Below, in pieces: positions 57,601-64,000 of a stretch of 64,000 nucleotides of DNA. The notes beneath the pieces are model-generated. The model was not told the origin of the DNA. It did not search any database and worked only from the letters and a program-made list of their open reading frames with translations. Positions within the stretch are counted from its first letter, which is position 1. Every line of letters begins with the position of its first letter. The DNA is from Ascidiella aspersa (lineage: Eukaryota). Location: assembly GCA_963924565.1 (NCBI GenBank), contig OZ004611.1, forward strand, positions 25,296,001 to 25,360,000. The letters run 5' to 3'. A program made the position numbers and the translations under genes.

Positions 57601-59753
57601 AATTTGGTCAAATTTGTTAAAACTTTTTCTTAAAAACGTATGGCCTTATCGAGAACTTAAGAGAAATGGAACGTTATGAAATCGTTGTTTTTTAGTCCGG
57701 TGTTGATATTTTGTGGATTTCATAGTGAACAACAACGTGTCAGAACCACGTTTTAGGATGTCACCTTTGAAACAGGCACATTCAGCATGTCGCTGTTCTG
57801 TGGTATGCTAATTTTATTTCAGTGCGACCTGAATCTTTGAGTATAATAAACAATAAAAGTGGTTGTCATTTTGGAAGTTGTTATATCAATTGTGAACATT
57901 ATAGATTTGCCGGACGCTTAACTAGCTTCCTTATATCGAGTGTTGTAAGGACTTAAGTCATTGACTTGACTTAAGTGCACTAAAGTCACTGTTTTCAAAT
58001 GACTTGGACCGACTTGCGTAACTTAAGTTTTTTTGGACAAAATACTTGGCTTAGACTTGCATAATTGAGTTAAATGAGTTATGTTGAAATAAAATGCTTT
58101 ATTTAAACTTTTTGTATAAAAATACGCGTTTTGCACTTAAAACGACTAGATTGTTACAAGTTCTTTGTTGTTTTTTAGTTGAATTATTGCTCATAACCAA
58201 GTTAAACTATTTGAAATGTTTATCGTTTTATTAATGTATCAGTGATTTGACTTGGAGATGACTTACTCTAATAATGAACTGACTGGGATTTGACTTGGGC
58301 AACTGATGACTTGACTTGAATTACAGTTATTTCACAAACGACTTGACTGGGAGTTAAATGGCTTTACTGGGATTTAAGTATTTAAAAACGATTTGTTAAC
58401 AGCACTTTAGTGTTGCCAATTAATAACCCCTTTTCATGGTTTTCTAAGTAAGCAATTATGTAATTTTCACAATTAAGAGATTTTCAACCGCAATAGTGCG
58501 CAAAAGAGTTTATCATTTGGCCGCAATCGATATGTTGTAATCCACTCATCATTGGTGTCATATCGATTACGGGCGACCAAAAGAACGTTTATATTGATTG
58601 CTCTACCATTGCGGTTGCGTTTTGTTCTTGGGATTAAATTAAAAGTTTTTTATCGTTTCTTTAGCAAAGGTTAGTCAATTTCGAGCACGATTCCTTACTT
58701 TTTTAAGACGCCTACGGCAATCAAAAGAGCAACAAACTAAAAATATCGAGTTTTGTGTGATAACCTGGTTTGAGAAAATAGCTCTGTTAGAGCACGTACA
58801 TATTTTTTATCGATATTACTAAGTACAAAAGCATGTGATGATCACAATCAAACAATTATCTTCGTTTTATGAAAACAAGCAGTGGTAAGTATATAATCCG
58901 GCGCGTGAAAGATTTACAGATATTACAAAAAAGAAAAATAATCTTAAGGGTTCTTTAAATTTCGTATGCACACAGGTACACCGAATATGTTGTAATCCGC
59001 TTCATATAGGCCTGCCATAAACTCATAAATCAAAAGCAACTTTTTGGAAGATTTCTTTAGATATTTTCAGCAGCTTTTTGTAACGGAATACGTCATTAGT
59101 TTAGTGATTGGTTAAAGGTTTTTCGTAGACCACACACCGACAATCAACACGTCAGTACAAATATCAGTACAAAGAGCAACAAAATAGCGTTCTTGTTTCT
59201 AAATGCAAACAAAACAGGTCTCGATAGTTAAATTTGTAAAGCCCTAGATAAGGGGTTCTGAAACTTTTCTTTTGCGTGAACTACGGTAGGCAAGTTTTTC
59301 AGAGATGTCGTCATAAATTGACGCCACAATACAAAAGATTCATAAATCTGTTGATTTCGGTCCAAAAAATGTGAAAGTGAAATGGAGTCTAATATAGTCG
59401 CTGTAAAACCGTTTTTTCTTTTAATTAAACTGTTTTCTTTAAAAAACTGATTACTTCTTAAAAATACACTAATATTTCATGGACCCCTTAGAAGTTCACT
59501 TCACGTATATGAGCTCCATGGATCCCAGTTTAAGAACCCCTGTCCTAGATTAAAGTCTCTATTAGTTTTTTTGCACAAAAAACTCACCCGCCCTGTACGG
59601 TAGCGTTAACCAGCCAAAGTATTGCGTGAAGCAGCAGTATGGTGCCGTACATGAGGTCTGCTGACACCAGGGACATGAGGTAGCGGTAGAGGTTTTGCTG
59701 TCGCGTTATACTTCGCCAGTTCTGCACCAGCGCCGTCATCACCACGCCGTTCT
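45671..59753 (-). CDS. Orphan class A GPCR, MECA/lipid-receptor-like; N-terminal/TM1 exon not identified
   Basis: Phase-consistent exons 59753-59588, 56600-56492, 55990-55720, 54400-54252, 51093-50940, 47879-47676 and 45819-45671. Motifs: ENGVV, SLVSADL, TM4 IW, CSVLKAP, TM6 TVPY, SSVVNPIVY. The last exon is less certain because read-through stops at 47668. Confidence 0.82.
46599..47022. mobile_element. hAT MITE nested in an older MITE (~46210-47052)
   Basis: TIRs cagtggttcccaac/gttgggaaccactg with 8-bp TSD ccctaggg. Confidence 0.92.
48237..49423. mobile_element. ~1.2-kb TIR element flanked by TA (Tc1/pogo-like non-autonomous), with a nested insertion
   Basis: ta-GGGGAGATGCGGGACCCATAGAAC ... 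GTTCCATGGGTCCCGCACTTCCCC-ta. It follows a GACTT element half and contains 48627-48924. Confidence 0.75.
49595..49835. mobile_element. Palindromic element with two inverted hammerhead motifs (family H1); partial copies at ~40295-40430, 59820-59890 and 22312-22350
   Basis: Left arm (-): attaa-CTTAAGA-tGATACaagtgcGTATC-GAAAT-GTC-ttaa. Right arm (+): attaa-CTGAAAGA-tGATACaagttcGTTTC-GAAAC-GTC. Confidence 0.8.
52753..53146. mobile_element. hAT MITE
   Basis: TIRs cagtggttctcaacc/ggttgagaaccactg with perfect 8-bp TSD caataacc. Confidence 0.93.
55289..55709. mobile_element. GACTT-repeat hAT MITE (full copy of an abundant family)
   Basis: TIRs cagtgttg/caacactg, TSD ccaattat/ccaatttt, subterminal (GACTT)n. 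Relatives lie near 7075, 21690, 38800, 41390, 47897, 53200, 53760, 56611, 57940 and 60395. Confidence 0.85.
56663..56770. repeat. Tandem ~29-bp minisatellite inside a GACTT element
   Basis: ttgacttgacttaagtctttgacaaaatgac repeated about 3.5 times. Confidence 0.85.
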
Positions 59754-62700
59754 CTGCGTATAGAGGTCGAGAACATGACAAATCTTTATGAAATTCACAA
59801 TGAACGTCAAGGCCCAAGCGTTCGAGTAAATCAACATCATCTTGATAAAGACGTTTCGATACAGACCTTACTTATAAAAGGTCGGACACAACTCTTATAT
59901 CATTCTAAGTCTAATTGTTTAGTTAGAGCAAACGGTTGTTAAGGACTATATTTAAGATTTTAAAGTCCATTGACAGCAGGTTTGTGCTAATAACGCCTCT
60001 GATCAGTTTGCATAAACAGATAGATTTAAAAACATAGATATAAACCATATTTTCTTGTTGGCTCCATGTCTACATTCGTGTGTTTCATTAAACCTAATCC
60101 AACAAGTGCAATATCTGGTTCAAGTGAAAAAAACAAAAAAACGACAAAGGTTGTCATGAAACTAATAGAAATGTCCACAAGCATATTTTAATGAATTGTT
60201 TCACAATAATAAAGACTCAAAATACTGAAACAAAACTTGAATAGAAAAACTATAAAAGGTTACAATCATGCTGAGATTTAAACTCAAATTTGTGGTTTTC
60301 GTTATGACTAGAGACTTTCAGTGACATATTTTTTGCAAAACGTGAACAAGCGGGCCGCAAAGTGTTAAAAGCATACGGAAGAAGGTGGCCACACATTGAC
60401 TTGATTTAAGTGAACTTAATTCATTGTTTTTAAATGACGTGTCACGTGTCTTGAATTAAGCCTTTTGAAGAAATGACTTCACTTGGACTTCATTCATTGA
60501 GGCAGACAGCTTTGACTTAAAGTGTGTTGAAATATTTTTTGGCAAAAAGAAATTTTTTTTACGCCATTTCTACTCGTAAAACAACTTTCTCGTAACTGTT
60601 ACGTTTTTGCTGTTTGCTAATGAAACTAACGGCCAGGATCGGACGAGTTTACCAGCTTTAAGAATTTAACTTTTTATTTTATTACAAATTACTTGACTTG
60701 GACTTGGATTGCTACGAAGACCACTTGGATAGGACTTTCCTTGCTATCTTTGATAAAGGACTTAACTGGGACTTGTCAATTTCAAACGACTTGGTTACAA
60801 CACCTGTGCGCACAACTTAAAGTTCGTTTTTCCGAGGCTCTTTATATGATTAAAAGTGCGAAACCGTTTTCATATTTACTATGTTATCGTTTACTATGTT
60901 ATATTTGTTTTGCCGTTTAAATGATTTGCTGCTTATGTCATCAGTATCCAGCTAAACGTGTGAGTACAAAGATGATCTACTCATACCTTGACTTTTTATA
61001 GTCACTAGCAAAATATACGTTGAAAAAGTGGAGGTAATGTTGCAAAACCAACCTTCAGAAATGTTTGCAAGTTTCTTTGGCGGATATCGGTTTAGCGAAC
61101 AGTCCCGTTTTATCAATGGCAAATCGTGTCCTGGCAAAGCTTTAGGGCGCCATCAGGAAATCGAAATATATTGAGTTTCAATGACAGGTGCCAATTGAGT
61201 CGTTATGTTGTCATCACAATTTCCACACGACTGCTGCATTTGGCAGTTAAATTCGGTTTAGACCCTATTAAACCTTTTATACAAATTTGACGTGAAAATT
61301 TAATGACAAACTCACTTTAGGAAACTCGTTTAGTTCAGTGAATCATTTGCATGTAAACCGCCTTTATCGAATACGCAATTTTCCCATAAATATTTTAACT
61401 AACCTTTGCGGAAACAAAAAGGGCGATACATAATGAAATAGATAAAGTTTAATGAGGGGAAAAAACGTTGTTATTACAAACCTTAAACGGGCAAAAGTAT
61501 GTTTTGCAGCAGACTAGGGCAACGGGATAAATCCGGTTGTTTTTTGTGGTGAATTAGAGCGATATGCTGTTAATTGCAATCCTAATAACACTGTCTGTGG
61601 TTTCTTGTTCTAGTTCTAATCTAATCTCCGTTTATACCAATAATGCTACTTTTTTTAATATTTTTTAATATTTTTTTTTGTTTTTTTTTCGTCCGAATTG
61701 TTTTTCAGCAATGTAGGTAGATTTTAAGGCCCGTGTTTACCACTTTTTTACATTTTTATTACTATATGCAAAAATATGATTTTTTTTAAATGATTGTTAA
61801 TTGAGGTAATGCTAGTTACGATCCGGTTTAATTTATGGTTTTTGCAAATGCGATAGGGAAAAGTTTCACCTAATTTTAAAACCTAAAATTTTTTTAATAG
61901 TTGCCTAATTCTCCTCAACACATTGGAAGTGTCGAAAGTCTAACTACATTACTTGGTCGTAACGAAACATATCCAATTGCTTCGTTGAAACACATTAGAT
62001 AGATCAATAGACCCCCAGAAAAACGTTTCATTTTAGTATCGTCAGGGCAAAAGGTATTTCCAGGTGAACCGAAAAAATCATTCAATTTGTAAATTTGTGC
62101 TAATATGCCCACGAATACATTTGTTTTCAATTTCCACGCAAACTAAAAACGGCGGTTTCTTTAAATCTTCAATAAAAGAGAGTTTCCCATCTCTGTGGCC
62201 TACAATGCTTGTTAAAACGTTCCCAGATAAATGCGTAATTGTTTGCGTGAAACATCAATTACATTGTTTCTGTTTGTCATGTTTTCTTTTTCGACGGAAG
62301 GCACATCACCAATCGAATTCAGTTACGCAACAGCGGCATCAAATTACTAAAGAGTGACGTTTTTATTAGATTTTAGTCTCGTGGCTCTTTTGGTTTCGGG
62401 ATACTAAGGCCATTCAATGTAATCTGTTGGAAAAAGCCACTGGCAACACAAGAAAGGCATCCCGTGATGGAACTTAGCTGTCGGCTTGAGTAGGGATATT
62501 GACAAACGTATAGCATAGATCGAAAGTAGCTTAATCCATGAAATCCATAAAGGCAGTATCGCTACCGTGGAAAGGTTTCAAAATAAGGAAAATGCACATT
62601 TAAGAAAAAAAATGAGTTTAGAAAGATTTGTTTGTGGTGAATTGATTTTTAAAAGTTAGCGCTCTATAAGTTAAACTCCGGGGTTTTACGTTTTAAAACA

Positions 62701-64000
62701 TACCCAATCCCCTTATTACTATATAACAGTGGTTATCAAATTTTTTTGGGGGCGATATAATCAACTACGCGAGCGAATTTCACTGTCACATGACATAAAA
62801 ACCTATTTCTAGTTTTAACATATGTTGTTGTCAAATATCATAAATATTGTCCATTCAAATCTGGCCCAACTACACCACGACAATATTGATTCAACCACAA
62901 AAAATCCTCAAAACAACATAGGCTTATTATGTTAAACGGGATTGTGCTCATGCGCCTTTCAGTTACTTGTAGGTACGTACATTGACGTCTTTTCGTTCAT
63001 CGGTTTGTGCCCGGTGTAGGTAGTGTATCGCTACTTTTGTGATCAAAAGATATGCCCTTATCTTGTCTTCACCATACATAAAATATTTAAATTCGAAGTA
63101 GGCCATATTGTATAATTCATATGTTCCTGTTTTTAATTCATTATTTTATGTTACATGAAAACATATCCAACAGGAATTTTAGGTTACATAATAGGCAATG
63201 AATTATATTTATATATGTGGTCCGGGAATATCGTTGGAAGTTGATACTGACTTATCAGTTTAAATAATTTGAAATGTTCAAACATACTTCGAATATATCT
63301 AAAGCACTAAAAAGGCTTCATGTTGGAAAATCGAGTCAACCTTTATTAAGCGTAAGATATTTTACAAAAAGAGATTGTTTAATTAACATAATTATTATAA
63401 GATGCCTCGATCAGCGATACTAGAAATAACATCGTAAGAAAGAAGTTAAGTAAAGGGGTTAGTCTGCAACATTGTTTAATGTTGTGCATACCGGACTATC
63501 CTAAAACGAATTCGCTCGAGTTACGCAAACCCCACTAAATGAAAGGTTTGGGGTTATCATTTAGGTTCGTTCAGGTAGTGTCATAGTTAGTACTAAGAAA
63601 TGTACTTTTTATTTATTTTTTATTTTTATTTTGTGATTTATCGCCTCATCAGAGAGTCTCAACTGTACTTCTTGACGTCCTGGTGCGACGTTCCAATTTC
63701 CCTAGAATGTTGCGTCGTTGCATAGTAATCCTGTTTCGTAAGTAAACTGTATTGCGGTAATAAATTTGTTGCAGATATTATTATCCGCTGAACTTTCATT
63801 TAAACTTATTATCATGAAAAAAATACAGCAATTTATAGCGATTTGTGAAACAGATCAATAAATTGACTTTAGTGCAGGAAAATTAGAGCAAAAATAGCTA
63901 AATTTCGATTTGGTGTGTCGCAAAGTCTAAAAGCTTTTCCAGAGGCATCGCAAGAAACAATATAATTGAGAATGACTGCCCTAATCCATTTCAATGATTT

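Noticed and set aside
60952-61137. Candidate first (N-terminal/TM1) exon of the GPCR
   Set aside because: It has N-glycosylation sequons and a phase-1 donor, but the hydrophobic stretch is too short for TM1. Left unassigned.

Overview
This is AT-rich, intron-rich eukaryotic DNA, probably from an invertebrate chordate such as an ascidian (inferred from gene content and repeat types, not proven). Manual splicing with phase checks gives four genes. (1) The 3' part of a gene with a C-terminal UBZ-type zinc finger resembling TANK/TBKBP1 adaptors (187-4776, +). (2) A 173-aa two-TM protein with two PPSY motifs and a PDZ-type C-terminus (8474-11813, +). (3) A 30-exon, ~1590-aa mannose-receptor-family lectin with the unusual order SP-FN2-CTLD-kringle-5xCTLD-ShKT-2xCTLD-TM (16537-42971, +). 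(4) An atypical class A GPCR whose first exon was not found (45671-59753, -). One lectin intron holds a small 5S rRNA array, each gene preceded by an inverted 5S 5' fragment. Introns also carry an RPS27 fragment, a Penelope-like GIY-YIG remnant, tRNA-derived SINEs and many hAT-type MITEs. The most striking unexplained pattern is several unrelated families of short palindromic elements carrying hammerhead-ribozyme motifs, in most cases one on each strand. Splice sites are also repeatedly copied by local tandem duplication.
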